A stretch of DNA of 64,000 bases from positions 608,001-672,000 of the forward strand of contig CAWBKB010000003.1 in NCBI GenBank assembly GCA_963789265.1, written 5' to 3'. The notes beneath the pieces were generated by a model that was given only the letters and a program-made list of their open reading frames with translations, searched no databases and was not told the DNA's origin. The translations under genes were made by a program, and so were the position numbers. Origin of the DNA: an uncultured delta proteobacterium (GTDB lineage: Bacteria > Desulfobacterota > Desulfomonilia > Desulfomonilales > Desulfomonilaceae). This document shows positions 9,471-20,120 of this stretch, piece after piece; the stretch's first letter is position 1; every line of letters begins with the position of its first letter.

Positions 9471-10577
9471 ATGGCTTTTATTCCTCCGCTGGAGGCTAAC
9501 ATATTGGATTATGTAATAGGTTTTCTCGTCCTCTTGGGTGTGCTGATTTTTGTGCACGAATTCGGCCATTTTATAGTTGCCAAACTAGTAGGCGTTAAAG
9601 TTCTCAAGTTTTCTCTCGGCTTTCCTCCCGCCATGATGACTCGGAAATGGGGTGAAACCGAGTATATCCTGAGCTGGATACCATTGGGCGGGTACGTCAA
9701 ACTGCTGGGCGAAGATCCGGATTCTGACGAGAAGGTTCCGCCGGAAGAACTCCCCAGAGCATTCACCAGCAAATCGTTGCCCGCACGTATGGCAGTCATA
9801 CTGGCCGGTCCTTTCTCCAATTATCTGACCGCGGTTGTATTGATTTGCGCAGCCTATGTGGCGGGCTGGCCTGTTCTTATCAGTCAGATCGGCAAGGTCT
9901 TTGATGGAACACCTGCCATAGAGGCCGGGTTCAAGACTGGCGACAAAGTGGTTGCCATTAACGGCAAGCCCATTTGGCGCTGGGACGACATGCGGACAAC
10001 CATTGAAAAGAGCGCCGATCAGAAGCTTACAGTGACCGTCGAGCGAGGCGGCAGCCGGATAGACTTAGCCGTGACCCCCAAGATCGCCGACCAGAAGAAT
10101 ATGTTCGGGGAACCAGTGGGTAGAATAGGTGTGGCCCCCTCTGGGAACGGTGTCAAGCTAGGACTCGTGGCCGGTTTGAATGAGGGCGTGCGGTTTTCAT
10201 GGACACTGACAAAGCTGGTTGTCGTCACGCTCGTAAAGCTCGTGAGGATGGAAATCAGCCCCAAGGCATTGAGCGGCCCGATTACCATCGTCCAGGCTTC
10301 GGGGGAAAGCCTGAAGGCCGGCATGTTCAACTTCATCTTTCTCATGAGCTATGTCAGCATAAACCTTGCTATCATAAACCTCCTGCCGGTGCCGATTCTC
10401 GACGGAGGCCACCTCCTGTTCTTTCTGATCGAAGGAGTTACTCGGCGCCCCGTTAGCGGGAAAGCCAAAGAATACGCCGTGCAATTCGGGCTTTTGTTCA
10501 TTGTGTTTCTGATCGCATTGGTTTTCTATAACGATATCAGTAGGATTATCACTAAAGGCTGGTCCCTCGGCCCGTGA
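9471..10577 (+). CDS. rseP: RIP metalloprotease RseP
   Basis: HEFGH, IPLGGYV, PDZ domain, NLLPVPILDGG. True start probably near 9504, after GGAGG. Confidence 0.93.
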   Translation: MAFIPPLEANILDYVIGFLVLLGVLIFVHEFGHFIVAKLVGVKVLKFSLGFPPAMMTRKWGETEYILSWIPLGGYVKLLGEDPDSDEKVPPEELPRAFTSKSLPARMAVILAGPFSNYLTAVVLICAAYVAGWPVLISQIGKVFDGTPAIEAGFKTGDKVVAINGKPIWRWDDMRTTIEKSADQKLTVTVERGGSRIDLAVTPKIADQKNMFGEPVGRIGVAPSGNGVKLGLVAGLNEGVRFSWTLTKLVVVTLVKLVRMEISPKALSGPITIVQASGESLKAGMFNFIFLMSYVSINLAIINLLPVPILDGGHLLFFLIEGVTRRPVSGKAKEYAVQFGLLFIVFLIALVFYNDISRIITKGWSLGP

Positions 10578-11290
10578 TCATCCTTGGCGTACATTCCACA
10601 AGCGCGCATTTAAGTGTAGCCGTCGCCGAGAACTTTCAGGTCCTGCGGGAGACCGTTCTTCCGCCCGCGCGTAAACATCTTGAGAATCTGGCTCGCGTGA
10701 TCAAGGACCTGACCGAGGAACTGCGTCTAAGTGTGGGGTCTATCGATGGGTTTGGTGTAGCTCTGGGGCCGGGCTCTTTTTCCGGAGTGCGCGTGGGCCT
10801 TGCAACGATCAAGGGGATGGCCCTTGTCCTGAGAAGGCCGATAGCAGGCATTTCCAGCCTCGATATTTTGGCCTGGCAGGCCCTGCGGGACGGCGAATGG
10901 TGCGCTCCTATAATCGATGCGCGACGCGGGGAGATATATACAGCCTTTTACAAAAGATCTGGAGGAAATCTGACCCTCGTTTCCGGGCCCATGCTTATCG
11001 AAGTGGAGAAATTTTTGCGATATACAGAGCATGTCTCCGGTCGACTTCTAATTTGTGGAGACCATGTGCTGGATCATCTAGCGTCATCGACTTCGAAATT
11101 GGTCAGGAGCCCTGTAAGCTCCCCATCTGCCGGTGCTTGCGCTCTGCTCGCATACAAACGCATTATACTGGGCAACGCTGACGATCTTCACGCGCTGACT
11201 CCCCTGTATATTAGACGTTCCGACGCAGAGGAGAAGAGAAGCGCGAGTATAGCAACTACTGAAAGCAAAACCGGCAATGAGCCCTCCTAA
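10574..11290 (+). CDS. tsaB: tRNA threonylcarbamoyladenosine biosynthesis protein TsaB
   Basis: GPGSFSGVRVG, IDARRGEIY, PLYIR motifs; overlaps the rseP stop. Confidence 0.93.
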   Translation: MIILGVHSTSAHLSVAVAENFQVLRETVLPPARKHLENLARVIKDLTEELRLSVGSIDGFGVALGPGSFSGVRVGLATIKGMALVLRRPIAGISSLDILAWQALRDGEWCAPIIDARRGEIYTAFYKRSGGNLTLVSGPMLIEVEKFLRYTEHVSGRLLICGDHVLDHLASSTSKLVRSPVSSPSAGACALLAYKRIILGNADDLHALTPLYIRRSDAEEKRSASIATTESKTGNEPS

Positions 11291-11336
11291 CCTTTTTCGG
11301 CTTGGCAAATAAGAAAGGCCGAATACCTCCATCTTC

Positions 11337-12140
11337 CTAGGGCCGGCTGGGGACATTTCCATTGGGAAAGAATTCATAAGATCCTTTCTCTACAAATTTT
11401 CCCGATAAAAACTCCCTGGGACGTATAATAATTGAGGACGGCGACAGATCAATAATGTGGTAAACGCTGTCCCAGCGTGACATCAAAGGCGCACCGCACG
11501 ATGACACAACTACCCTGGACTCGCGCTCGGGGAAGTTTATCTCCATGACGGCGGAACGGTGTTTGTGCCCTTGTAGTATAAGAGTTATGCCGACTTGCGT
11601 GCAGATGTTAAGGATTTCACCGGCGTCGGAAAGGGAATGTGCCCAGAATGATGAGCCTCGGATTACTGGGAGCACGGGATGGTGCAAGAACAAGACCTTG
11701 ACATAATTCTCGAAACTCGATGCTTGTTGCCTGAGCCAGTAACGTGTCTCACGTAAGATTGTCCCGGGCCAGGAAGGGAAAGAATGAACGGAATTGAGAC
11801 CTATGAAGACCGCTCTATTCGATTCGGAGCAGTAGACCACCCGGTCGCTGGCCCCGAAGAAATGACTATGACGCGTCATAGCGAAACGCGGCAACATCCA
11901 TTCCCACACTGCTGAAAAGCTGATTTCCCTGTTTCCTGGAACAACGATAAATGGGACATCGATTGATCGAAGGAAACCTTGTGCCCATCGAAATTGAGAA
12001 ACCCGGCCGCGGTCGGTAATATCGCCGGTGACAACTAGCAGCTCAAACGCCTGAGAAACCAAGTCTTTTTCCAGCGCGTCCAGCTTCTCGCGGGAAACAA
12101 GGCTGCCGAAGTGCAGGTCTGAAAGATGAGCGACTTTCAT
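11337..12140 (-). CDS. Calcineurin-like metallophosphoesterase
   Basis: SDLHFG, TGD, PGN, HHP, GHKH motifs. Confidence 0.85.
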   Translation of the reverse strand: MKVAHLSDLHFGSLVSREKLDALEKDLVSQAFELLVVTGDITDRGRVSQFRWAQGFLRSIDVPFIVVPGNREISFSAVWEWMLPRFAMTRHSHFFGASDRVVYCSESNRAVFIGLNSVHSFPSWPGTILRETRYWLRQQASSFENYVKVLFLHHPVLPVIRGSSFWAHSLSDAGEILNICTQVGITLILQGHKHRSAVMEINFPERESRVVVSSCGAPLMSRWDSVYHIIDLSPSSIIIRPREFLSGKFVEKGSYEFFPNGNVPSRP

Positions 12141-12328
12141 GTAACCTGACCTTAGTTCGGCCGGCGCTCCAAGTCAATCTCCGCGAGTGTTTGAAAAAGT
12201 AGGTTGATTTTTTAGAGAGAATTCTCTAAAATTCCAGTTGAAATCTTTGTGCTTGATTTTTACGCGGTAATCACTAGTGTGGTCCGCATGGCGGTGAGCG
12301 CCACGGAATGTGGGCAAAGGAGTGAGTT

Positions 12329-13291
12329 ATGAAAGGGTTGTCGACTATACTTGCAATGTCGGGGGCTTTCCTTGTCGTGGCAGGGGTGGCCTTCGGGCAG
12401 GGCTATTACGGGTACGGAAATCCTGGCCAATACCAGTCTTACGGATCCTATGGCGACTACCTTGGAGCGCAGGCCGGCAACGGCCAGTATACGGTCCCTC
12501 AAGGATACGGGCAGCAGGCTCCGCAGAGTTACAGACAACAATACGGGCAGCAGGCTCCGCAGAGTTACGGACAACAATACGGGCAGAGCTACGGTCAGCC
12601 CCAGGCGTCATACGGGCAGCAGTATTCTCCGCAGGCCTATGCTGCTTATCAGAACTATCCCGGGTATAGCGCTTATCCCAATAACCAGTACGGACAGTAT
12701 TTGAGATCTGGAGGAAGATCCGCACCTGCGCGCTCTGCTCGACGACGATCGACACGCCACCGAAGCCGAGCGGCTGCATCCCGTACGCTTCAGCCTCAAC
12801 CCTCTTACACCACGCCGGCCGTCAACAGGAGCAGACAAAGAACCGCGTCTATATCCGGTGCCGTGGAACAAGGGACTCATAGTGAGGTTTACTGGGACGG
12901 CCGAGAATCGGCGGCAGGCCAAGAGCCGACTGCCGGAGTTCAACGACCAACTCAACCGCCTGCTGCCCATCCTGTGGTCCGGGAGTCAAGGAATTCTGTC
13001 AACTCTCCGGCGGTACAGGCCCCGCGAGGAACGCGCCGAAATATAGTGCGCCAAGCGGCAACACGTAATTCTCCTCCGCCTGCTAATCGTTCTGTTAAGT
13101 GGGGGAAAGAGGAAAAGAAAATTTCCGCGTCAAAGATAAAATGGGGAAAAGAGGACAAGCCCACTGCCGTCAGTGCTGAACCGGGTTCTTCCCAGGGCCC
13201 CCTCCTCGAAGCCCAATCAACGTCCAATCCCCAGGCCCATACGGAATCCAAGGTAACTGCAAAGAAATTCCAATGGGGCAAGACCAACTGA
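12329..13291 (+). CDS. Secreted low-complexity protein (Gln/Tyr/Gly-rich N-domain, KWGK repeats)
   Basis: AGGAG RBS, signal peptide, YGQQ repeats, three (K/Q)WGK motifs. Confidence 0.7.
   Translation: MKGLSTILAMSGAFLVVAGVAFGQGYYGYGNPGQYQSYGSYGDYLGAQAGNGQYTVPQGYGQQAPQSYRQQYGQQAPQSYGQQYGQSYGQPQASYGQQYSPQAYAAYQNYPGYSAYPNNQYGQYLRSGGRSAPARSARRRSTRHRSRAAASRTLQPQPSYTTPAVNRSRQRTASISGAVEQGTHSEVYWDGRESAAGQEPTAGVQRPTQPPAAHPVVRESRNSVNSPAVQAPRGTRRNIVRQAATRNSPPPANRSVKWGKEEKKISASKIKWGKEDKPTAVSAEPGSSQGPLLEAQSTSNPQAHTESKVTAKKFQWGKTN
12505..12586 (+). repeat. 36-bp tandem repeat (about 2.3 copies) encoding YGQQAPQSY(R/G)QQ
   Basis: ATACGGGCAGCAGGCTCCGCAGAGTTACRGACAACA at 12505 and 12541, partial copy at 12577. 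Confidence 0.9.
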
Positions 13292-13593
13292 GGGGCTTGA
13301 TTCGGAGAGAATTAAGAAAATTGAAGTATAGTGCGCATTCAATTGCGTGAACTATCCTCCGGTACAGTGATTGCCAGACTCTAATCTCGCGGGTCGCGCA
13401 ATGACACTTCTTTGCCGGTCGTGCCTGACGGATTGCCAATTGTCTCGGTAGCAAAAAGATTCTCGACGCGTCTGAAATTTCACGATGGGGTGGGAACCCA
13501 ACGCCTCTGGATCCCCGCCCCGCAGTCTCTCATTCCTTCTATTAAGACCTGAAGAATTGGACCTGTAAACATTCTACACGCCGTATTCTCAAG

Positions 13594-13803
13594 CTAAGCC
13601 ATCTCCTTTCCCACCAATTCTCCAATCTTGGAAGAAAAATCTGAAATTTCCTTCAGCAGGGGATTGACTACCAATGCCCACTCCGGGTGTTCGGAAAACT
13701 TTAAATTGCCGGTTTCAAGGACCTTGAAAACGACGAACATCTTGGTGCGCGCTTCGTCGATTTCGCTACGAACCCTTTCAAAGGTCCATTTCGCATCTGC
13801 CAT
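13594..13803 (-). CDS. Hypothetical small helical protein
   Basis: GGAGG RBS 5 nt before ATG (MADAKW...). Confidence 0.55.
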   Translation of the reverse strand: MADAKWTFERVRSEIDEARTKMFVVFKVLETGNLKFSEHPEWALVVNPLLKEISDFSSKIGELVGKEMA

Positions 13804-14045
13804 CTGTTCCTCCATCTTCGGAAACTGTTGATTGGGCGGCCTATCCAGTCATGTTCAATACATAAGCTGGTCGTTTGCCGGTTTGTCCGCTTGATTCGCG
13901 TTTAGCCTATATGGTGGTGTTAGACAAGGGCTTTCGGCAATGAATTCCACCTTCATATTTGGCTTATCTGCGGCAGTTATTCAGGTGCCTGAATCCATTG
14001 ACGGGCCCAGTCGATGAATTGGCCGCATCAAAGCTGATAAGTTCC

Positions 14046-14074
14046 TTGACACTGCAATACCGAGCGTCTATTAT
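14046..14074 (+). promoter_or_regulatory. sigma70 promoter of the ABC transporter operon
   Basis: TTGACA-17 nt-TATTAT about 220 nt upstream of the substrate-binding gene. Confidence 0.7.
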
Positions 14075-14292
14075 CAGCCCGACTAACAGTAATAGGACCA
14101 CTCAGGCAATCCTTCCATAAGGTCACTGTTCCGTGTTTCTTAAATCGAAGAGTGAGTTAAAGTATTTCGGCTGCTCACGTGTCCTTGATTCCGGCATATC
14201 GTGTCCGGGGGTAGACGAAGCCTATCTATTTCGATCAAAATGGCTTGGTGAGATCATGGGGGGATGGAAACCAAGAAGAAAGGAGAAAGCTG

Positions 14293-15495
14293 ATGAAAGG
14301 AAGGCGTTTCTTGGTCCTTTTAACGGTTCTCATCTTCGGCTTGTCGGGTTTGGTCTGCGCATACGCAGCCAACAAGAAGCCGCTAAAGATAGGAGCCATT
14401 TTTTCTGTTACCGGCGGTGCCGCATGGCTCGGCGACCCTGAGCAGAAAACCGTTCAGATGCTCGTGGAAGACATCAACAAGGCCGGCGGGGTCAACGGTT
14501 ATCCTCTACAAGTGTTGATAGAAGACGACGAGACACAAGAAGCCAAGGCGGTTAACGCGGTTGAGAAGCTCATTGACAAGGATAATGTGCTGGCAATAAT
14601 CGGCCCGTCCATAAGCGGTTCAAGTTTGGCTGTGAAGCCCATCTGCGAAAAGGACAAGGTTCCCAATGTCTCCGTCGCGGCGGCTGAAATAATTGTCACC
14701 CCCATCTCAGATTCCAAATACATATTTAAAGTCCCCCAGCTCGATTCCCACGTGGCCATCCGTATCCTCGAACAACTCAAGAAAATGGGAATTGACAAAA
14801 TCGGGATAATCTCCTCTACCAGTGCCTTCGGAAACCAGGGGAAGCTGCAACTACACAAGTATGCGAAAGAGATAGGGATAGAGATAGTGGCGGATGAGAC
14901 CTACGCCCCCAAGGATACCGACATGACCGCGCAGTTAAAGAAGATAGCGTCCACAGGCGCAGGTGCGGTGGTGAACTGGTCTATTGAACCGGCCCAGTCT
15001 CTCGTGGCAAAGAATATGAGACAGCTTGGAATGAAGATCCCCCTGTTCCAAAGCCATGGTTTCGGCAACCCCAAGTATATCCAGGCAGCGGGGGCGGCGG
15101 CGGAAGGAATAATCTTCCCGGCCGGCCGTCTTCTCGTCGCGGATTCACTCCCCGCGAATCACTGGCAGAAGAAAGTTCTTATGAAGTATAAAACCGAGTA
15201 TGAGAAGAAATACGGCCCACCGGTGAGCACCTTCGGAGGCCACGCGTACGATGCCCTATGGATAGTTGTCAATGCGATGAAGGCCAAGAAGATCACCCCT
15301 GACATGAATCTTGCGAAGGCAAGAAATTTGATCCGGGACGGTCTCGAGGAAACACATAATTGGATCGGGATGTCAGGCCACTTCAACATGAGTCCGAAAG
15401 ATCACGCAGGACTCGACAAGGACGACTCCCTTGAGATGCTGACTGTCACCAAGGGAGGCAAGATCATTCCTCTTTCACAAGCGAAAAAGAAATAA
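14293..15495 (+). CDS. Branched-chain amino acid-type ABC transporter substrate-binding protein
   Basis: Signal peptide, KIGAIFSVTG, GGVNG, IEDD, YDA motifs; AAGGAG RBS; first gene of a liv-type operon. Confidence 0.88.
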   Translation: MKGRRFLVLLTVLIFGLSGLVCAYAANKKPLKIGAIFSVTGGAAWLGDPEQKTVQMLVEDINKAGGVNGYPLQVLIEDDETQEAKAVNAVEKLIDKDNVLAIIGPSISGSSLAVKPICEKDKVPNVSVAAAEIIVTPISDSKYIFKVPQLDSHVAIRILEQLKKMGIDKIGIISSTSAFGNQGKLQLHKYAKEIGIEIVADETYAPKDTDMTAQLKKIASTGAGAVVNWSIEPAQSLVAKNMRQLGMKIPLFQSHGFGNPKYIQAAGAAAEGIIFPAGRLLVADSLPANHWQKKVLMKYKTEYEKKYGPPVSTFGGHAYDALWIVVNAMKAKKITPDMNLAKARNLIRDGLEETHNWIGMSGHFNMSPKDHAGLDKDDSLEMLTVTKGGKIIPLSQAKKK

Positions 15496-15581
15496 CCGAG
15501 ATAGTATAAATAACTGCTAATCGACCGAGGCGGCCGTCCATGCAACGGCCGTCCCGGTTTCCTCTGTTCGGAGCCGAGAGA

Positions 15582-16655
15582 ATGGTTTCGTTCGCAGACA
15601 TACTTCAGTATGTATTTTCAGGCATCACGATTGGGGCTATTTATGCCATGCTGGGGCTTGGCTTCACCATGATTTACAACTCCACCAGCATCATAAATTT
15701 TGCCCAGGGGGAATTCGTGATGCTGGGGGGACTCTTGGGGGTAACGTTTGTAGGCGCGGCAAAGAGTCATGGTTTGCCTGCCCACTACGCGATTGTCATC
15801 GGCTTTGTCTTGGCAACCGGAGTCACCACCCTTGTTGGGATGCTCATGGAGAAAATTGCCATAGAACCGACCGATAAACTGACGATTTTCCACTACGCGG
15901 GCATCGCAGTGGTGATCTTCGCTCTGGCCCGAATCTTCGCAGGTCTTGTCGTGGGCTGGGCACTGGTTATGACGTTTGTGCTGACCTTGGCAGCTTATTT
16001 TCTGTTGAGGCACCGGACCATCGAATCCATGAGAAATCCTTCGGTGCTTCAACTGATCATCATTACTATTGCCCTGTCCATCCTCGTACGTGGAATTTCG
16101 ATGTTTGTCTTCGGTAAGGACTCCTACTTCATGGCGCACTTCGTGTCGGAGCGACCGATCTATATTTTCGGCGCGACGGTGTTGCCGCAGACATTGTTGG
16201 TGGTTGCGGCCATCATAGTGGTGGTAATTCTGGTGGGTCTGTTTTTCGGTTTTACCCTGACCGGCAAAGCCATGAAAGCTTGTGCGTTCAACCGAGACAT
16301 TGCCAAGCTCATGGGTATCAACGACCGCTCGATGATACTGCTGTCCTTTGCCATGTCTGCCTTTGTGGGGGCAGTGGCTGGTTACTTTGTTACGCCCATT
16401 ACTCTCATGGACTATGATCGCGGTCCCATGTTGGCGCTGAAAGGGTTCGGAGCCGCAGTCCTCGGAGGCCTGGGAAACGGCTTCGGGGCAGTAGCTGCCG
16501 GCTTCATATTGGGCATTCTCGAAGCGATGGGAACGGGATTGATCTCTTCCGGATACAAGGACGCTATCTCACTGATAATCCTGCTTGCGGTGCTCTTTTA
16601 CAAACCCAGTGGGCTCTTCGGTAGTGCCGAAGCAGCAAAATTTAAAGAATTCTGA
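15582..16655 (+). CDS. livH: Branched-chain amino acid ABC transporter permease (LivH-like)
   Basis: GAIYAMLGLGFTMIY, INFAQGE, GKAMKA, KGFGAAVLGG, KPSGLFG. Confidence 0.88.
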   Translation: MVSFADILQYVFSGITIGAIYAMLGLGFTMIYNSTSIINFAQGEFVMLGGLLGVTFVGAAKSHGLPAHYAIVIGFVLATGVTTLVGMLMEKIAIEPTDKLTIFHYAGIAVVIFALARIFAGLVVGWALVMTFVLTLAAYFLLRHRTIESMRNPSVLQLIIITIALSILVRGISMFVFGKDSYFMAHFVSERPIYIFGATVLPQTLLVVAAIIVVVILVGLFFGFTLTGKAMKACAFNRDIAKLMGINDRSMILLSFAMSAFVGAVAGYFVTPITLMDYDRGPMLALKGFGAAVLGGLGNGFGAVAAGFILGILEAMGTGLISSGYKDAISLIILLAVLFYKPSGLFGSAEAAKFKEF

Positions 16656-16729
16656 GTTCCCCGACCCACGGTCGGCATCCTGGTTCGGGATATTCGCACC
16701 GGAATAATTGTGCTTGGAGCAAACAGCTT

Positions 16730-17767
16730 ATGGGCCGCGGCAACCTTATCACTTTGATCGTCTTTGCAGTCCTAATTGTAGTTTTTCCAGTTGTCGTGAC
16801 CAGTCCTTACTACCTCAGAGTCATCAATTTTGCAGGAATTTTCACTCTGATATGTATCGGATTGTCGCTTCTTCTCGGGTACGCGGGACAGATCTCAATC
16901 GGCCAGGCAGGGTTCTTTGCAATCGGGGCGTATTCTTCAGGAATATTGACGGCTCAGTTCGGGTACAGCCCATTGGTCGGCATTTTGGTAGGTATATGCA
17001 TCAATAGCCTGGTGGCATACTTCGTGGGGATTCCGACGCTCAAACTCCGGGGTCATTACCTGGCCATGGCCACTTTAGGTATTGGCGAAATCATAAATAT
17101 AGTTGCCGTAGCGGATACGGGTGAGATTACCAAGCTGCTTCAATTCTTAGGGGAAAAGGTTGGTTACGCGCCCGGAGTTGTGGCCGAAGCCCTTGACCCT
17201 TTTCGATCCTTGACGGGGGGGCCCTCCGGATTCGGGCAGATACCTTCCCTCGGCATAGGTCCGTGGCAATTATCTACTCCGGCTGAATGGTTCTATTTGA
17301 TCTGGTTGGTTGTGCTTCTCTCAATGATCCTCGCTCTCAATCTGATTCATTCCCGGATCGGCAGGGCCTTGAGGGCCATTCACGGCAACGAGGAAGCAGC
17401 ACGGGCTATGGGAATAGATACCCCCGCTCTCAAGCTCGGGATCTTTATCATATCTGCCGGTATGGCCTCAATCGCCGGCTCTTTGTACGCTCACTATGTG
17501 ACGTTCATATCCCCTGCGACATTCTCGATCAACGAGTCGATTACGTTCCTGGTTATGGTGGCTGTTGGAGGGATGATGAACGTTTGGGGGGCGCTCGTGG
17601 GCGCGATAATTTGGACTATCCTGCCGGAAAGCCTAAGAGTTTTCGCCGACTATGACATTCTTATGAAAGGTTTGGTTTTGCTGGTCATTATGATGTTCAT
17701 GCCTGAGGGCATTGTGGGCCTGCTTCAGGATTCTCTGAAGCAGTGGAAAACAGAAAAGACCGGGTGA
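16730..17767 (+). CDS. livM: Branched-chain amino acid ABC transporter permease (LivM-like)
   Basis: GYAGQISIGQAGF, LRGHYLAMATL, GRALRAI, GSLYAHY, PEGI. Confidence 0.88.
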   Translation: MGRGNLITLIVFAVLIVVFPVVVTSPYYLRVINFAGIFTLICIGLSLLLGYAGQISIGQAGFFAIGAYSSGILTAQFGYSPLVGILVGICINSLVAYFVGIPTLKLRGHYLAMATLGIGEIINIVAVADTGEITKLLQFLGEKVGYAPGVVAEALDPFRSLTGGPSGFGQIPSLGIGPWQLSTPAEWFYLIWLVVLLSMILALNLIHSRIGRALRAIHGNEEAARAMGIDTPALKLGIFIISAGMASIAGSLYAHYVTFISPATFSINESITFLVMVAVGGMMNVWGALVGAIIWTILPESLRVFADYDILMKGLVLLVIMMFMPEGIVGLLQDSLKQWKTEKTG

Positions 17768-17770
17768 AAA

Positions 17771-18550
17771 GTGAAGGAGATCCTCTCAATCCAGGGAATC
17801 TTCGTCAAATTCGGCGGAGTCATGGCCGTTGGGAACGTCTCTGCAGGCGTGGCCGCTAATTCCATCACAGCCGTTATAGGGCCTAACGGCGCGGGTAAGA
17901 CTACCCTGATCAATGTGATATCCGGGGCTATAGCGCCCACCAGAGGGAAAGTTCATTTCAATGAGCAGGAGATTACCGGCCTTCCCCAGCACAAGGTCGC
18001 GGAAATCGGGATAGCGAGAACGTTTCAGAATCTCCGGCTCTTCCGCCACATGACCGCATTGGAAAACGTGATGGTTGCACGCCACATTAAGACCTCTTCC
18101 GGTTTTCTGACATGCTCGCTCAAACTTCCGTCGAGCCGCCGAGACGAGAGGACTGTTCGCGAAAAATCCATGGAATTTCTCGATTTTGTCGGGTTGAGCG
18201 ACAAAGCCCATGCAGATGCTCATTCGATGCCGTTCGGTCTTCAGCGCCATCTAGAGATCGCTCGTGCTTTGGCACTTGAGCCAAAGGTCATCTTACTGGA
18301 CGAACCTGCGGGCGGATTGAACCCGGGAGAAACCGAGGGTCTGGCAAGACTGATCCGCAAGATTCGAGATAGGAATGTCACTGTAGTCCTTATCGAGCAC
18401 GACATGAGCCTCATTATGAACATTTCGGACCATATCGTTGTGCTTAATTACGGTCAGAAAATAGCCGAAGGGACCCCGAAAGAAATCCAGAATAATGAGG
18501 CTGTCATAGAAGCTTACCTGGGCAAATCCGCTTCTTATGGATCCGCGTGA
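17771..18550 (+). CDS. livG: ABC transporter ATP-binding protein (LivG-like)
   Basis: GPNGAGKT, RTFQ, LLDEPAGG, IEHD, EAYLG. Confidence 0.9.
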   Translation: MKEILSIQGIFVKFGGVMAVGNVSAGVAANSITAVIGPNGAGKTTLINVISGAIAPTRGKVHFNEQEITGLPQHKVAEIGIARTFQNLRLFRHMTALENVMVARHIKTSSGFLTCSLKLPSSRRDERTVREKSMEFLDFVGLSDKAHADAHSMPFGLQRHLEIARALALEPKVILLDEPAGGLNPGETEGLARLIRKIRDRNVTVVLIEHDMSLIMNISDHIVVLNYGQKIAEGTPKEIQNNEAVIEAYLGKSASYGSA

Positions 18551-18576
18551 TCGGGTGCCCGACTGGGATGAGGCGA

Positions 18577-19302
18577 ATGCTTGAAATCCGCAAGCTCAAT
18601 GTCTTTTACGGCAAAGTCCACGTCATTAAGGATCTCTCCTTGCGCGTGGAAGCGGGCGAATGCGTAACATTACTCGGCGCAAACGGTGCCGGGAAATCTA
18701 CGTTAATCAATACCGTATGCGGCCTGGTACCGCTCACGGGCGGGTCCGTAAGCCTGGGGGGGATGGATATCAGCCGTACGCCGGCTTACAAGATCGTCCG
18801 CCTAGGCATTTCGCAAGTGCCGGAAGGTCGGCAGATCTTTGCGAACATGTCGGTAATGGACAATTTACGGCTGGGAGCCTACTGCAGATACACCGGAGGA
18901 ACTAAGGCGGAAGTGGGCAAGGACATGGACCGCGTGATGGAAATGTTCCCCAGATTGCAGGAACGTCGGAGCCAACTTGCGGGCACCCTCTCTGGAGGAG
19001 AGCAACAGATGCTGGCCATCGGCCGGGCGCTTATGTGCAGGCCGAAAGTGCTGCTGCTTGACGAACCTTCGCTTGGACTTGCTCCATTGGTAGTGCAATT
19101 CATATTTGAGACTATCAGCGCGCTGAGAACAGAGAGCCGAATTTCCGTCATGATGGTCGAACAGAATGCCCGGGCCGCGCTGCAGGTTGCGGAACGCGGA
19201 TACATCCTGGAGACAGGGAAAATCATAATGCAGGACTCGTCCAGTGCGCTTGCAAACAACCCCGAAGTCCGGAAGGCCTTCCTGGGTGCGGGAACCACTT
19301 AG
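18577..19302 (+). CDS. livF: ABC transporter ATP-binding protein (LivF-like)
   Basis: GANGAGKS, VPEGR, LSGGEQQM, LLDEPSLGLAP, VEQN. Confidence 0.9.
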   Translation: MLEIRKLNVFYGKVHVIKDLSLRVEAGECVTLLGANGAGKSTLINTVCGLVPLTGGSVSLGGMDISRTPAYKIVRLGISQVPEGRQIFANMSVMDNLRLGAYCRYTGGTKAEVGKDMDRVMEMFPRLQERRSQLAGTLSGGEQQMLAIGRALMCRPKVLLLDEPSLGLAPLVVQFIFETISALRTESRISVMMVEQNARAALQVAERGYILETGKIIMQDSSSALANNPEVRKAFLGAGTT

Positions 19303-19341
19303 GGCGATAGGGCCGGCCCCGCCATATCCTGTCTAGGATTG

Positions 19342-19803
19342 TCACATGTTTGACCGCGCACCGGAATCAGCACCGCAAATGTTTCTGAGCCCATTTCGTT
19401 TTTGTTCCGGCCGGACAAGGTGCACGAGCTTCCTCCACAATACAGCGCAGGCAATGCCGATTTTGATAAAGAAAGTACCCATGTCATTGCCGGCAACCAG
19501 ATGTGCGTGCAGGTGAAAGACCATCTGGCCTCCGCCTCTATTTACATTGATAAAGAATCTGTACCCGGTTTGGGCTATACCCAGATCTTCGGCAATCTTT
19601 TTGGCCACCCGGGACAAGTGATTTACAATCTGGTCGTTTTCGTCCACGTCGTTGAGGGTGGGAATATGTTGCCGCGGGACAATGAGTATGTGAACGGGGG
19701 AAGCAGGCCGGGCATCCCAAAATGCCACTGCCAGGGCATCCTCGTACACTTTTCGAGCTGGCAGTTTACCCTCAATAATTTTGCAAAAGACGCAATCGCT
19801 CAT
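19342..19803 (-). CDS. HIT (histidine triad) nucleotide-binding protein with C-terminal extension
   Basis: DCVFCKI...HILIVP...FHLHAH. The longer ORF extension upstream crosses REP elements and is not believed. Confidence 0.85.
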   Translation of the reverse strand: MSDCVFCKIIEGKLPARKVYEDALAVAFWDARPASPVHILIVPRQHIPTLNDVDENDQIVNHLSRVAKKIAEDLGIAQTGYRFFINVNRGGGQMVFHLHAHLVAGNDMGTFFIKIGIACAVLWRKLVHLVRPEQKRNGLRNICGADSGARSNM

Positions 19804-19892
19804 AGAAAGACTCGTCAACTCGGTTTTAATTTTGGTGGAAAGAAACAACATCCGTTCGGGCGAGCATTCACTTACGGGGAATCTTCGAGTCC

Positions 19893-20024
19893 GTAGGGGC
19901 AGTCCCCCGCGACGCGGGATTGTGTCCGCCCTCTCGTGGGTGCCCGCAAGAGGTGCCCCTACAAGGCATGCCCGCGTATGCCGACATGATAACATGTGGG
20001 GGCGGGTTTCAAACCCACCCGTAT
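19893..20024. repeat. REP-like palindromes (GTAGGGGCA...TGCCCCTAC doublet and GTGGGGGCGGGTTTCAAACCCACCC)
   Basis: 9-bp terminal inverted repeat with GTAG/CTAC ends at 19893-19962; hairpin at 19996-20024. Confidence 0.7.
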
Positions 20025-20120
20025 CAGAAACGCCGTCTAACTGGTACGAAAGCGAATCATCATAAATGCACGTCGTGATCCGGAAGAGCCCCTCATTGAC
20101 ATAGCGCGATCGGAGAAGGA

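Noticed and set aside
14075..14292. Riboswitch or T-box in the long leader of the ABC transporter operon
   Set aside because: No recognisable aptamer consensus or terminator/antiterminator seen by eye; an Rfam scan would be needed.
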